From a virus (Duplodnaviria; Caudoviricetes), in IMG/VR virus record IMGVR_UViG_3300026546_000003, positions 1-63,061 of that record: a DNA stretch of 63,061 nucleotides. One strand, 5' to 3'. Below the pieces are notes generated by a model. The model saw only the letters and a list, made by a program, of their open reading frames with translations. It ran no database searches and had not been told where the DNA came from. Of this stretch, positions 49,787 to 59,566 are shown one piece after another (positions within the stretch are counted from its first letter, which is position 1; every line of letters starts with the position of its first letter). The position numbers were made by a program, and so were the translations under genes.

Positions 49787-49986
49787 TATTTTTCCTTTAT
49801 TACTGAAGTTCCATCACAAGTTGTATAAAATTCCCAGTACGGTTTTACTGGACTAACTTCTGGGAACCACGGAATATGAGTATCACGGCCTAGAATATTA
49901 TTAAGCAAATTTTGTAATTCTTTAGCTTTTTCAGCAGTTAGCTTAATTGTAACATCATCAATAACCAATTCAATCTTTACGTCCAT
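49786..49986 (-). CDS. Hypothetical protein
   Basis: AGGAG RBS, coupled. Confidence 0.6.
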   Translation of the reverse strand: MDVKIELVIDDVTIKLTAEKAKELQNLLNNILGRDTHIPWFPEVSPVKPYWEFYTTCDGTSVIKEK

Positions 49987-50436
49987 TTATTTCTCCTTTA
50001 CATATTTAGAAAGTACTTTAGGCATAATATCATCAAACAATCCAATAAGATATTTCCCGTAACGAAACGTTCCTTCAATGTATTCTTTATACTCTGCCAT
50101 ACAATAGATTTTTCCATAATTTTCACTCCATATTAAGATTCCAGGACGTTTACCTTTTTCTCTCTCTAATTGTTTAACCCATTTAGGGAGATTACCAGTA
50201 CCTTTAAGTAGCTCTTCCAATCTTATTTCCTTATATTTCTTACACTCAAAAACATAATCACATTTGAAGTTTTTAGGAAGTATATCTCCAGCTAAGGCTA
50301 AATTACCAGTTCGTGTTGCTACCCCTCCAGATTGTGGCGAAGTAGTCCATTTTCTATTAGTTACTTCTTCAAGTTTCTTACATATCTTATATTCGAACTG
50401 CTTTCCTTTTTGTCTACTATTCACCATCTGTATCAC
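49987..50436 (-). CDS. Holliday junction resolvase-like PD-(D/E)XK nuclease (T5 D14-like)
   Basis: NSRQKGKQFE, PQSGG, GDI, FECKKY. Confidence 0.88.
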   Translation of the reverse strand: MIQMVNSRQKGKQFEYKICKKLEEVTNRKWTTSPQSGGVATRTGNLALAGDILPKNFKCDYVFECKKYKEIRLEELLKGTGNLPKWVKQLEREKGKRPGILIWSENYGKIYCMAEYKEYIEGTFRYGKYLIGLFDDIMPKVLSKYVKEK

Positions 50437-50698
50437 ATAAATCTAATTGATGTTCTAACTCTTCAATACGGTGAGCTAGAACTACAATTACTGCAGCTAA
50501 ATCATAACAATTACTCCCATATTCACGTAGGATTTCATTAACTTCTCTAAGGGTTACATCATCCATTTGCTTTCTCCTTCTTTAATTGTTCTTTTGTAAG
50601 TTTCATTATATATGCGTGGTAAACATCGTAATCTTTCCATTTCTTATACTTATCCAAATGCTGCTTGAAAAGCTGATTAAATAATGTTCTAAATCTAT

Positions 50699-50887
50699 TC
50701 ATTTGGCTAAGAACTCTGCTGAAAAATGTTCAATAGTTGGTTGCTCTAATCTAGCTTCCAATTCTTTGATTTTATCTTCATATTCTAGGATTATAGAAAG
50801 AAGGTCAGCAATATCCATACCTTCCTCCATAATCTTAGTCAACCAATATAGCTCCTTACTACTGTAGTCCCCCTTACTTTTGTACAT
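50699..50887 (-). CDS. Hypothetical protein
   Basis: RBS, coupled to sbcC-like gene. Confidence 0.55.
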   Translation of the reverse strand: MYKSKGDYSSKELYWLTKIMEEGMDIADLLSIILEYEDKIKELEARLEQPTIEHFSAEFLAK

Positions 50888-52607
50888 TAGTTTTGTTCTC
50901 CTTTTTAATTAATACAAGTTGTGGGATATCAAACTCGTAATCATGGCAAACAATCATACTTGTTATATCTAATGTTTGAAGAGTTGTTACAATTAATTCT
51001 TTACCACCAGTATCAATAATATTTAGCAACTCATCAATAAAAAGAAAATTAGGAACTGGTTTCTCAATCTTTTCAAATATGCACCTAATAGCAAAAAGTA
51101 AAGCTAAATTAATTCTTCCACGTTCTCCTTGACTACAGTTTTCATAAGGGTATTCTTTGCCATTTTTTACTATCTTAGGCTTGATTTTTTCATTCATATC
51201 CAATTTTATTTTATATTGCGAAGTAAAGTTGGATAGCTCAATATTAATAAGTTTTTCTAAGAGTTCTAGACGCTTAGGAATTTGCTTTTCAATTATTACC
51301 TTATCACAAATTTCTAAAAGTAGCTCTAAGTCTTGTAATAATGTTCTTGATTCTTTTTCCTTTTCCTCTAATTGCGCGAGTTCGACCTTTGCATTTTCTT
51401 TATTTTTCTTCTCGGCATCTAAGTAAGCATTGTGACTTATTGCTTTTTCTCTTTCTTGTTTTACTTTTTCGTATTCTTCATTTTGCTTTTTGTCGAGTTC
51501 GCGCAGTCGGGTAATTTCATTCTCTATTTCTGTAACATCGGCAATCGAGATATACGCCAGCTTTTTTTGCGATTCGGTATAGAGAGTAGAAGCGTTCAAG
51601 TATTTTTTATATTTGTCTTGATGTAACTTTAACTCTCGTTGTTTTTCCTGTAATTCTTCTCTCGCTTTTTGTAACTTTTTAATATATTGTCTTTGTTCTT
51701 CTTCTAACTTTTCATCGTACTCTATCTTAGCTCCACAAGTAGGGCAAACACTGTAATCCTTTATTCTAAGCATTTTCTTGAGCTTTTCGATTTCTAACTC
51801 AATAATCCCATCTGCTTTTTGAACCCTACGAATTACCTCATTGTACTCTTCTTCTTTATTTTCAACTTCTTCTGGTTTTTCTACTTGCTCTAACTGTTTC
51901 TTTTCTTCTTCTAACTTTTTTGCTTCCCTAATTTTACTCTCTAGTTCATATATTTTATTACTAAGTCCTTCTAACTTTGGCAACTCTGGAACTGATAAAT
52001 ATTGAGAGTCTAATTCCTTTTCAATTATCTCCTCAAATACTTCTCGCTTTCCATCTATAGTTCTAAGAGTATTTTTAACTTCTTGTATACTCTCTCTTAA
52101 ATGGGGAACAGCATTTTTAACTTTCAGCAAATCATTAAAAATCAAAGTTATTAATTCTTTTTGCTGTTTTGGAGTTGCATCAAAAAATGGAAAGTAAATC
52201 GAACTAGATATATAAGTTAATGGCAACATCAATTCAAATGGTATCAAGTTTTCAAAGAAATCAGTTATTACTTTTCTACCATTCAAAATAACATTGCCAT
52301 TTTCAGATAAAGTACATTCGCTCTTTGTATAAGTTAGTACATAATCATCAACCCAAAGTTCAATCTTAAAATCTCCTTTAGTGAACATATTCTTAAGATA
52401 ACCTTTTTTAGTCTTAAGAACGTCTCTACTATATAAGGCTTGAATAATAAGATTGTAGATATTAGTTTTACCAATCCCATTAATACTATCTTCTGTACGC
52501 TTTTCGTCCAAATTTTTTCCAGTAATTTGGACAACGGAATTGGTAAACTCAATATCTAGCGACTCGAAACTATATACATTTTTAGCTTTAAGACGTTTTA
52601 TCTTCAT
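50874..52607 (-). CDS. SbcC/Rad50-like ATPase (T5 D13-like)
   Basis: Walker A NGIGKT, zinc hook CPTCG, signature CSQGE, Walker B LFIDE. Confidence 0.95.
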   Translation of the reverse strand: MKIKRLKAKNVYSFESLDIEFTNSVVQITGKNLDEKRTEDSINGIGKTNIYNLIIQALYSRDVLKTKKGYLKNMFTKGDFKIELWVDDYVLTYTKSECTLSENGNVILNGRKVITDFFENLIPFELMLPLTYISSSIYFPFFDATPKQQKELITLIFNDLLKVKNAVPHLRESIQEVKNTLRTIDGKREVFEEIIEKELDSQYLSVPELPKLEGLSNKIYELESKIREAKKLEEEKKQLEQVEKPEEVENKEEEYNEVIRRVQKADGIIELEIEKLKKMLRIKDYSVCPTCGAKIEYDEKLEEEQRQYIKKLQKAREELQEKQRELKLHQDKYKKYLNASTLYTESQKKLAYISIADVTEIENEITRLRELDKKQNEEYEKVKQEREKAISHNAYLDAEKKNKENAKVELAQLEEKEKESRTLLQDLELLLEICDKVIIEKQIPKRLELLEKLINIELSNFTSQYKIKLDMNEKIKPKIVKNGKEYPYENCSQGERGRINLALLFAIRCIFEKIEKPVPNFLFIDELLNIIDTGGKELIVTTLQTLDITSMIVCHDYEFDIPQLVLIKKENKTNVQK

Positions 52608-53536
52608 TCATTTTCTCCCATAATTTTAAGTAGGAGTTCTATGTAATTTTTCGGATTTGATATTTTGTAGTCCTTAACTAAAATCTCACTAAGAACTTCA
52701 TATATATCGTTATGAACTGGAATGTCAATGTTATCTCTCTGAATTACAACATTTTCCCCCTCATACTCACCTATTTCATCATAAGAAATTTCATACTCTA
52801 TATCAAATAAATCAGGTAACTCAATTTCTCCTATTTTTTCTTGAAGTTTGAGATAATAGTGATTAGGTAAGTGAAGACTCCGATGTTCAATACGATTATC
52901 AAATACACGATTATAACCAAAAATATCGCTACTAACATCGTTTATATCCCGTATTGTTTGCTTAAAAGTTCTATAAGGTGAAGAACTATAATAAATTTTG
53001 TCTGTATATTTAACAGTAGTATGGATATCAGATAGTAAAACTAATCTATACCCATCTAGTTTCTCCAAGTCATATTCCGCTTTACTATACTTTATCTTAT
53101 GTCGAATATGACTTAACAATACCTTATCTTTTACTACTGGAATTTCCTTCTTTTGTCGTATATAATAATTTGGAACTAATACATAATTTGTAGTTTCTAA
53201 CACATCAGTAGTAGTCCAAGTAATGTTTGGAAAGTCCCAGAAATGTAATATGTTTCCTAAATAATCGGCTCTTTGTGATTTGTGTTTTGTTCTATCATGG
53301 TTTCCTGCAACAATAAAAATAGGGCACTTAACATCTTGGATAAACGCAATAAACAAACCTATCTCTAATGCTGTGGGAACCTTATCAAATATATCTCCAG
53401 TAATTAATAGTTCGCTAGGGTCTTCTTCTAAAATGTACTGGAAAAACTTTAATAATCTTTCTATATACCATTTTTCGTTTGTCTCTGGAATCTTAATGTG
53501 CCAGTCTCCAGTATGAATTGCTTTATAATTACTCAT
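52604..53536 (-). CDS. SbcD/Mre11-like nuclease (T5 D12-like)
   Basis: GDWH, GDIFD, GNHD, SH, SDIH metallophosphoesterase motifs. Confidence 0.93.
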   Translation of the reverse strand: MSNYKAIHTGDWHIKIPETNEKWYIERLLKFFQYILEEDPSELLITGDIFDKVPTALEIGLFIAFIQDVKCPIFIVAGNHDRTKHKSQRADYLGNILHFWDFPNITWTTTDVLETTNYVLVPNYYIRQKKEIPVVKDKVLLSHIRHKIKYSKAEYDLEKLDGYRLVLLSDIHTTVKYTDKIYYSSSPYRTFKQTIRDINDVSSDIFGYNRVFDNRIEHRSLHLPNHYYLKLQEKIGEIELPDLFDIEYEISYDEIGEYEGENVVIQRDNIDIPVHNDIYEVLSEILVKDYKISNPKNYIELLLKIMGENE

Positions 53537-53540
53537 TCAT

Positions 53541-53702
53541 ACTTGTCTCCTTCCCCTAAGTTAGTTTCACAAAATTACCTATCCCACTACTGACCCCATA
53601 CCGAGATATTGGGCGGAGGGAGCGCAGATGGAATTGCTAAGTATTCGTCAGCAATTCTTATCATTCTGTACTCCACGCTCCCTCGCCCGCTCCTCGGTTT
53701 GG
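53541..53702 (-). ncRNA. Structured intergenic RNA element A (long irregular hairpin + conserved 3' motif)
   Basis: GC-rich stem-loop 53596-53702; core shared with element B. Confidence 0.55.
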
Positions 53703-53724
53703 ATTAATTTCCTACTGAATCAGG

Positions 53725-54393
53725 TTAAAAGGGGATATCGCTTTCAGGCTTAACATTAGCATCAGGTTGGCCGTACGCCTCATTAAGCATTTCAGTATCA
53801 AGGTAGGCAGTGTTCTCTTTAACCCATGCTACGTAATCACTCTTAGTTCCAGGATTGTAAAGCTCTTCCAGATTATACAGTTCAAGAGCTTGTTCCTCCG
53901 GTGTAAGAGGAGTACTACCACGCCCAGGTCTACAATTATACTTCACATTCATAGGCTTAGGGCCAGTACGCTCTTTGGTGATTACAATATCATAACCAGT
54001 TACAGGGTCAGCAGGGTCTCCATATTCATCATCAAGAGCAAGACTGTAAAGATACTGATAGACAGTGCTTTTTAGGATAAGGATTTTCATTTCAGGAGAG
54101 CCATTACCACGCACTAAGCAATTACATACGTAGAAAAACTCCTTCTGAGCATTTCCAAGCAATGGGTCTTCACTACTAATAGACTCGGTTTCTCTATTAA
54201 AGAACGGAGTAAGTTTAGGTTTCTTTTTACCATCACGAGTAGTAACCCAGTATCTATAATTAGGAAGAACTTCACCAACAAGTCTAATTTTAATACTTTC
54301 ACCTTCTTGCAGCTTAGACAGATTGATTTCCAGGTCTTGAGTATTAGGGCCAAAGTCGCCATTCTTTAGTTTTTTACCTTCACCAAACTTCAT
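53725..54393 (-). CDS. Single-stranded DNA-binding protein (T5 D11-like)
   Basis: IRLVG..LP.YRYWV, GDPADPVTGYDI...KERTGP...NVKY; acidic tail DIPF. Confidence 0.88.
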   Translation of the reverse strand: MKFGEGKKLKNGDFGPNTQDLEINLSKLQEGESIKIRLVGEVLPNYRYWVTTRDGKKKPKLTPFFNRETESISSEDPLLGNAQKEFFYVCNCLVRGNGSPEMKILILKSTVYQYLYSLALDDEYGDPADPVTGYDIVITKERTGPKPMNVKYNCRPGRGSTPLTPEEQALELYNLEELYNPGTKSDYVAWVKENTAYLDTEMLNEAYGQPDANVKPESDIPF

Positions 54394-54394
54394 A

Positions 54395-54856
54395 TTAACA
54401 CCTCTCTTTTGGAAGAATAATTCCTCCAGTTACATGTTTTACTAATTTCCTAATAACCAAGTCATTAGGCACTCTTCCTACTTTTTCGATTGGTATAAAC
54501 TTTTCAAAACTATAAGGAGCTACCATCGAAACTAACTCTAAATATCTTACTCTATCTTCTTCATAAATATCCTCCTTTATAATATCTATGTTATTTAACT
54601 TTATATTTGGGGTTACATTAAACACTGAATATCTTTTATGTGATTTATATTCTTTGTATGAGTAATAATCCCAATCTAATGTAGGATAGTCAGTAAGACA
54701 GAACTCTCTAATGAATTGTCGCATTGTCATAATAGCTTCTCCAAATTCAAAATGAAGATATGACAACATTACAACATCACTAGCATTGTTACTTATTTTT
54801 TGTATTTCTTGTAAGTTATAATTTAAGGGCAAGCTATTTTCAAGATTATACAACAT
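54395..54856 (-). CDS. Hypothetical protein
   Basis: ORF between D10-like and D11-like genes. Confidence 0.65.
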   Translation of the reverse strand: MLYNLENSLPLNYNLQEIQKISNNASDVVMLSYLHFEFGEAIMTMRQFIREFCLTDYPTLDWDYYSYKEYKSHKRYSVFNVTPNIKLNNIDIIKEDIYEEDRVRYLELVSMVAPYSFEKFIPIEKVGRVPNDLVIRKLVKHVTGGIILPKERC

Positions 54857-56132
54857 ATACTTTATAGCCTTTCTTATTATAAAATGCTAATCTAATCATT
54901 TGCTGATTATGAACATTAAACCCTTTACAACGTCCTTGCTTATACCAATAATCAAAAACTAAAGGAGTTTTCTTACCATCAACAGGTCTATTAATTCTCT
55001 TAATCCTTTGCTCTAACATTGGTAGATTATTATTAGGGTGAATTAAATGTAGTGTATCTAAATTTGGAATGTTAACTCCTTCTTGTAATGTAGTAGAGAT
55101 TATAAGTTTGTGTTCTTTAATTTTTTCATTTAAGTTATCTCGTTCCTCTGCTGATGAACTACCTGTAATTACTAAAGCATCAGGGAACATTTCAGCTAAT
55201 TTATCTACCGTCTCTAACCTAAAAGATAAAATTAACTGATGTCTATCTTTCCCTTTCTCTACTTTTTCTTTGATGGTATTGAGTAATTTTTCATTATCTT
55301 CAATATTATTCAAACATTCAACATACCCATCACTTTCTGGTAGAGCAATTCCAGTTTTAACAATCACAACTTGAGGAAGCATAGTGTCATCATATTCATT
55401 TATAACTTTTTTATCACTAAGCATCCAATCAGCAAGAAATTCCAATCTATCTTTTCTTTTGTATGTTCCAGTTACTCCTAGTTTCCAGTAAGCTTCAATA
55501 TTATTCAACACAAGCCTAAAAGTATTGGCAGGAACTCTATGACATTCATCAACAATAACAAGAGAGAACTTATTCCAAACCTGCTTCAATCTTTCTTCTT
55601 TACGTAAGGATTGGAAAGTTGCTACTGTTATATCATTAATTGTGAACTCTCCCTCACCAATCTTTCCAGGAATATACCCAAGAAGTTTTTCACATTCTTC
55701 TCGCCATTGATTAAGAAGAAATACTGAGTTAACTAAAATCAAAGTTTTAAGATTTAACTGAGCAATCAAATACAACATCATTACAGTTTTACCAGTTCCA
55801 GGAGGAGAGATTAAAATTCCTCTAGGTTCTGGAAGTATCTTATCAATAACTTCTTGTTGATAATCTCTTAACTTAATTGAGTTGTATAATTCATCTTCAA
55901 TGTATTTAAGAGTAGGAACCCTATCAAACGTTTCTCCATACTTCCAAACTAAATCATATGGATAACAAATATAATCTGCTCTGACTCCAACAGCAGAGTA
56001 AAGCTTGTTATCAACTTTTTTAGTATAGTTTTTTACATATTCTTTAGTTTTTAAGTATGCTCCAGTACTAAATATAGAATTCATTTTTATACTCTGAGTC
56101 CGTTGTCCAATCAGTATGAAAGAAAAGGCCAT
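54846..56132 (-). CDS. SF2 helicase (T5 D10/UvsW-like); true start probably MNSIF near 56084
   Basis: LRDYQ, PGTGKT, DECH, TGT, EGVNIP, QRIKRINR. Confidence 0.93.
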   Translation of the reverse strand: MAFSFILIGQRTQSIKMNSIFSTGAYLKTKEYVKNYTKKVDNKLYSAVGVRADYICYPYDLVWKYGETFDRVPTLKYIEDELYNSIKLRDYQQEVIDKILPEPRGILISPPGTGKTVMMLYLIAQLNLKTLILVNSVFLLNQWREECEKLLGYIPGKIGEGEFTINDITVATFQSLRKEERLKQVWNKFSLVIVDECHRVPANTFRLVLNNIEAYWKLGVTGTYKRKDRLEFLADWMLSDKKVINEYDDTMLPQVVIVKTGIALPESDGYVECLNNIEDNEKLLNTIKEKVEKGKDRHQLILSFRLETVDKLAEMFPDALVITGSSSAEERDNLNEKIKEHKLIISTTLQEGVNIPNLDTLHLIHPNNNLPMLEQRIKRINRPVDGKKTPLVFDYWYKQGRCKGFNVHNQQMIRLAFYNKKGYKVYVV

Positions 56133-56571
56133 CGACTTCTGCGATTATAGCATATGTAGCAGTTTTTTCTTTACTGACTGGTATTAAGTAAGGAATATCA
56201 TACGTTTCAGGAACTTGTATAACTCCCATTTTTTGTGAATAAAACTTTAATTTGGTTGTAAAGTGTTTGACTTTTACTTTACTGATTGGGATAACCACAT
56301 TCAAAGCATCAGTTAAAAATATTCTTTCTTTATATTTCTCTTTTCCATCAAATAACCCACTAGGTGTATAGATAACACTATAAGAATAAGGAAGATTTTT
56401 AATCGCAATATTAAAGGTATCATATAATCCTTGTTGCTTTAATAAATCAACACTTCCTAAAGTTAATGTAGTAGGTGTTTCCTTAATTCTTTTTGGTTTA
56501 TCTAATACAGCTAGTGGGAATTGTAAATCTTTCACTGACATAAAATTTCTTATCATTTTACTTCTCCCCAA
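56068..56571 (-). CDS. Hypothetical protein, syntenic with the T5 gene between pol and D10
   Basis: ORF in operon. Confidence 0.65.
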   Translation of the reverse strand: MGRSKMIRNFMSVKDLQFPLAVLDKPKRIKETPTTLTLGSVDLLKQQGLYDTFNIAIKNLPYSYSVIYTPSGLFDGKEKYKERIFLTDALNVVIPISKVKVKHFTTKLKFYSQKMGVIQVPETYDIPYLIPVSKEKTATYAIIAEVDGLFFHTDWTTDSEYKNEFYI

Positions 56572-58772
56572 CTAGGCCCCATTTCTACGTCCACACCAAT
56601 AGGAACCCAGCATGGAAGTACGTTTTGGATATGGCGTTTCAAAATACTGACTACTAAACTTACATCATCTTTATGACAAATTCCAACAATCGAGTCATGA
56701 ACCAGTGCGAAGGGCTCGAAACGTAAATCAAACTCTCTAACTTCTTTAATCCCAGAGCTATATCCAAACAAGTTAATATCAGAAGCAACGGATTGGATTA
56801 GCATATTTACGAGAGATTTTACGTGATGAGCAGCAGCCGCAGAGTTCATAGAGAAAACATCAGGGTCATATCTATATCTACCAAAATAAGTAGTAGCTTC
56901 CCCTGTTTGTTCAATCTTCATTTTATTTTTTCTAATCCATTCAGCAACTTTAGGAAATGCTTGATACCAAGTTTTAATTAAGTTTTTTGCTTCTCCATAA
57001 TCAATCTGTAACTCTTGAGCAATTCTTCCAGGCCCAGCAAGATAAAGAATAGCAAAGTTAATAGTTTTTGCTTTTTGTCGAAGGTCAGGAAACTTCTTTT
57101 TAACATCATTAGGAGTACAAGTAAGATTAAACATTTTAACAGCCGCAGAGCTATGAATATCTTCGCCATTAGCAAAAGCGTTTAGGATATTCGGCTCATT
57201 TGCAAGAACTCCAACTAACCAAAGTTCTGCGTTCTTTAAGTCCATGTTCAAAACTACATAATCTTTCTTATCAGGAACAAACAACTTCTTAACAGTCTTA
57301 TCAGTTGAAGGAATATTTTGGAAGTTAAGTGTTTTACCTGTAGCGAAGTCTCCTGCATTAGCATCTTTACCAGAACTTAACCGTCCAGAAGTTGTTCCAG
57401 TAATATTAAAACTGGTACGAACTCTACCATCTTCATCAATATTTTCTTTAATGTTTGTAAGATAAGTATTGACGAATTTGTTAAGAGTTCTATATTCTAA
57501 AAGTAACTTAGCAATAATAATTCCTTGATTAGCTAACTCATTTAGAACCTCTTTATCAGTACTAGGATTTCCAGTATCTGTTTGTTTGATACTTGTTAAA
57601 CCCATCTCTTCAAAAAACAAATGAGCTAATTGCTTTGGACTATTGAAGTTAATTTCAGCATCTTCACCACGCACCTTTCGTACTTCATGCATTAGCTTTC
57701 CATACAATTCCTTAATCTTTTTCTGTAGAGGAATCATAGTTGCATCAAGACGCTCTTCATCAATAGGTGCGCCGTTCAATTCCATATAGCCTAATTCTTT
57801 GATAGCGTCCATAATCTTAGGATATACAGGATTTTCAGTAAGCTCTTTCCATTTTTCCCAAAGCTGGTATGTAGCAACTCCATCATAGCAAGCATATTTC
57901 CCTAAAATCTCTGCTGGAAACATACTATAATCAAACTGTCCTACTTTAATCTTTCTAATACGACAAATTTTCTTCTTCTCATCTTGGAGGTCTTTATCAT
58001 AGAACCCAAGATTTGTGTATTTAAGGGAAAGAGGTTTAAGTCCTAACTCTTTTTCTTTACCAGACAGTTGAGCCAAAACCATTGTATCATGGATTTTAGT
58101 ATCATGTAAGTCAATCCCTTTCTGGATAAGATATTTCCAATCAAACTTAATATTATGACCAATAATCTCTTTATTCTTTAGAAGCTTGGTTAGGAGTTCT
58201 TTATCCAGAGTTTCCCAATCATAGTAGTAAGACTCAATACCATTAGGAGAGATAACAATACCAAGAATTTCTCCACGATAAGGATTAAGAGAAGAAGTCT
58301 CAATATCAATTACCAGCTCATTAAATCCTTTCAGATAATTATAAATATCTTTTAATGGGATAAAAGCATGCTCTGGATAATGAAATTCTTTAAGACTTTC
58401 CTCATTATTCCCAAACAGCAACTTATTCAAATGCTGGCTAAGTTTTGCTGACTCTTGAGGATACATTAGAGTGATTTTTGGGTCAATTAAACACCCAACA
58501 TTAATAGTTCTTTTACCTTTTTTATCCTTAAATTCTTCCCAATGCCCAGACAGTTTAGTAATACCAGTCTGACTAAATAGTTTCTTTAATGGCTCAGCTC
58601 CAACAACAATAATTTCTTTTACTTCATCAAAGATGTCATAATCAAATGTAACATCTTTAACATAAATTTTCTTTACAGGGTTAGGAACAAGATAAAGAAA
58701 TTCTGCATCTAAATCTTGTTCTTTAATAAAATCCTCAGTAAACTCTTCGGGGTATGATAAGCAATAAATCAT
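56553..58772 (-). CDS. Family A DNA polymerase with 3'-5' exonuclease
   Basis: ExoI DIET, ExoII HNIKFD, ExoIII YACYD; TSGRLSS, NFQNIP; motif A DLKNAE, B RQKAKTINF..LY, C VHDS. Confidence 0.96.
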   Translation of the reverse strand: MIYCLSYPEEFTEDFIKEQDLDAEFLYLVPNPVKKIYVKDVTFDYDIFDEVKEIIVVGAEPLKKLFSQTGITKLSGHWEEFKDKKGKRTINVGCLIDPKITLMYPQESAKLSQHLNKLLFGNNEESLKEFHYPEHAFIPLKDIYNYLKGFNELVIDIETSSLNPYRGEILGIVISPNGIESYYYDWETLDKELLTKLLKNKEIIGHNIKFDWKYLIQKGIDLHDTKIHDTMVLAQLSGKEKELGLKPLSLKYTNLGFYDKDLQDEKKKICRIRKIKVGQFDYSMFPAEILGKYACYDGVATYQLWEKWKELTENPVYPKIMDAIKELGYMELNGAPIDEERLDATMIPLQKKIKELYGKLMHEVRKVRGEDAEINFNSPKQLAHLFFEEMGLTSIKQTDTGNPSTDKEVLNELANQGIIIAKLLLEYRTLNKFVNTYLTNIKENIDEDGRVRTSFNITGTTSGRLSSGKDANAGDFATGKTLNFQNIPSTDKTVKKLFVPDKKDYVVLNMDLKNAELWLVGVLANEPNILNAFANGEDIHSSAAVKMFNLTCTPNDVKKKFPDLRQKAKTINFAILYLAGPGRIAQELQIDYGEAKNLIKTWYQAFPKVAEWIRKNKMKIEQTGEATTYFGRYRYDPDVFSMNSAAAAHHVKSLVNMLIQSVASDINLFGYSSGIKEVREFDLRFEPFALVHDSIVGICHKDDVSLVVSILKRHIQNVLPCWVPIGVDVEMGPSWGEVK

Positions 58773-59566
58773 CGTTCAATATTCCTCTTCAAAAATTCTT
58801 TCAAATTGCTAAGATTATTAGGGTCAGTATCATCTGGCATTTCAATAATCGTAGAATTTGGGTAGATATTATTTAACTTTTTAGCTGCTGAGTTTCCTGC
58901 AATATCCCCATCAAATAAGATATTAACATTTTTTGCTTTCATTCTACGGAGGAACTTGGAGAAAGCAAATACATTACCTGTTCCGAGAATTGCACAAACA
59001 TTCTCATATCCAGCTTGCCAAACAGATAAAGCATCAAACACTCCCTCAACCACAATCAAATTATTAGCAAAACAATTATAAAAGTTGTATGGAGTATATT
59101 TACCATAAAAGTTTATCTTATACTTCCCATTTAGTGGCTTTCTTACTAAACCTTTCAAATCATTAGTATCATAAATAGGAAATACAATCTCGTCAGGAAA
59201 AAACTTTGATGTGAAAACCTTAAAGAAATTAAATGTTTCTTTCGTGATACCCCTAAACTCTAAATTAAATGGTTCAGCGTCTTGAGGAATACCATTTAAC
59301 GAACTAAGATTTGAAACAATAGAGTTGAGAAGATTGTCCTTAATAGTCGCGACTACATCAATTTCAGGACGTTCAATAATTCCAAGCTCTTCTAGCAAAT
59401 AACTTAATGGCCCTGCTTTTCCACAACCAAAACACTTAAAGAAATCTTGTTTAATTCCTAGTGATGGCTTATCCTCATTATGGAAAGGACAACTAATAAA
59501 TACCCATTCTCCTTTATATTGAGGCTTACAATTATGATTACTTAAGATGTCATAGATTTCACTCAT
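58769..59566 (-). CDS. DNA primase (CHC2 Zn finger + TOPRIM)
   Basis: CPFHNEDKPS, CFGCG, VVEGVFDALS, FDGDIAG, DPN. Confidence 0.95.
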   Translation of the reverse strand: MSEIYDILSNHNCKPQYKGEWVFISCPFHNEDKPSLGIKQDFFKCFGCGKAGPLSYLLEELGIIERPEIDVVATIKDNLLNSIVSNLSSLNGIPQDAEPFNLEFRGITKETFNFFKVFTSKFFPDEIVFPIYDTNDLKGLVRKPLNGKYKINFYGKYTPYNFYNCFANNLIVVEGVFDALSVWQAGYENVCAILGTGNVFAFSKFLRRMKAKNVNILFDGDIAGNSAAKKLNNIYPNSTIIEMPDDTDPNNLSNLKEFLKRNIER

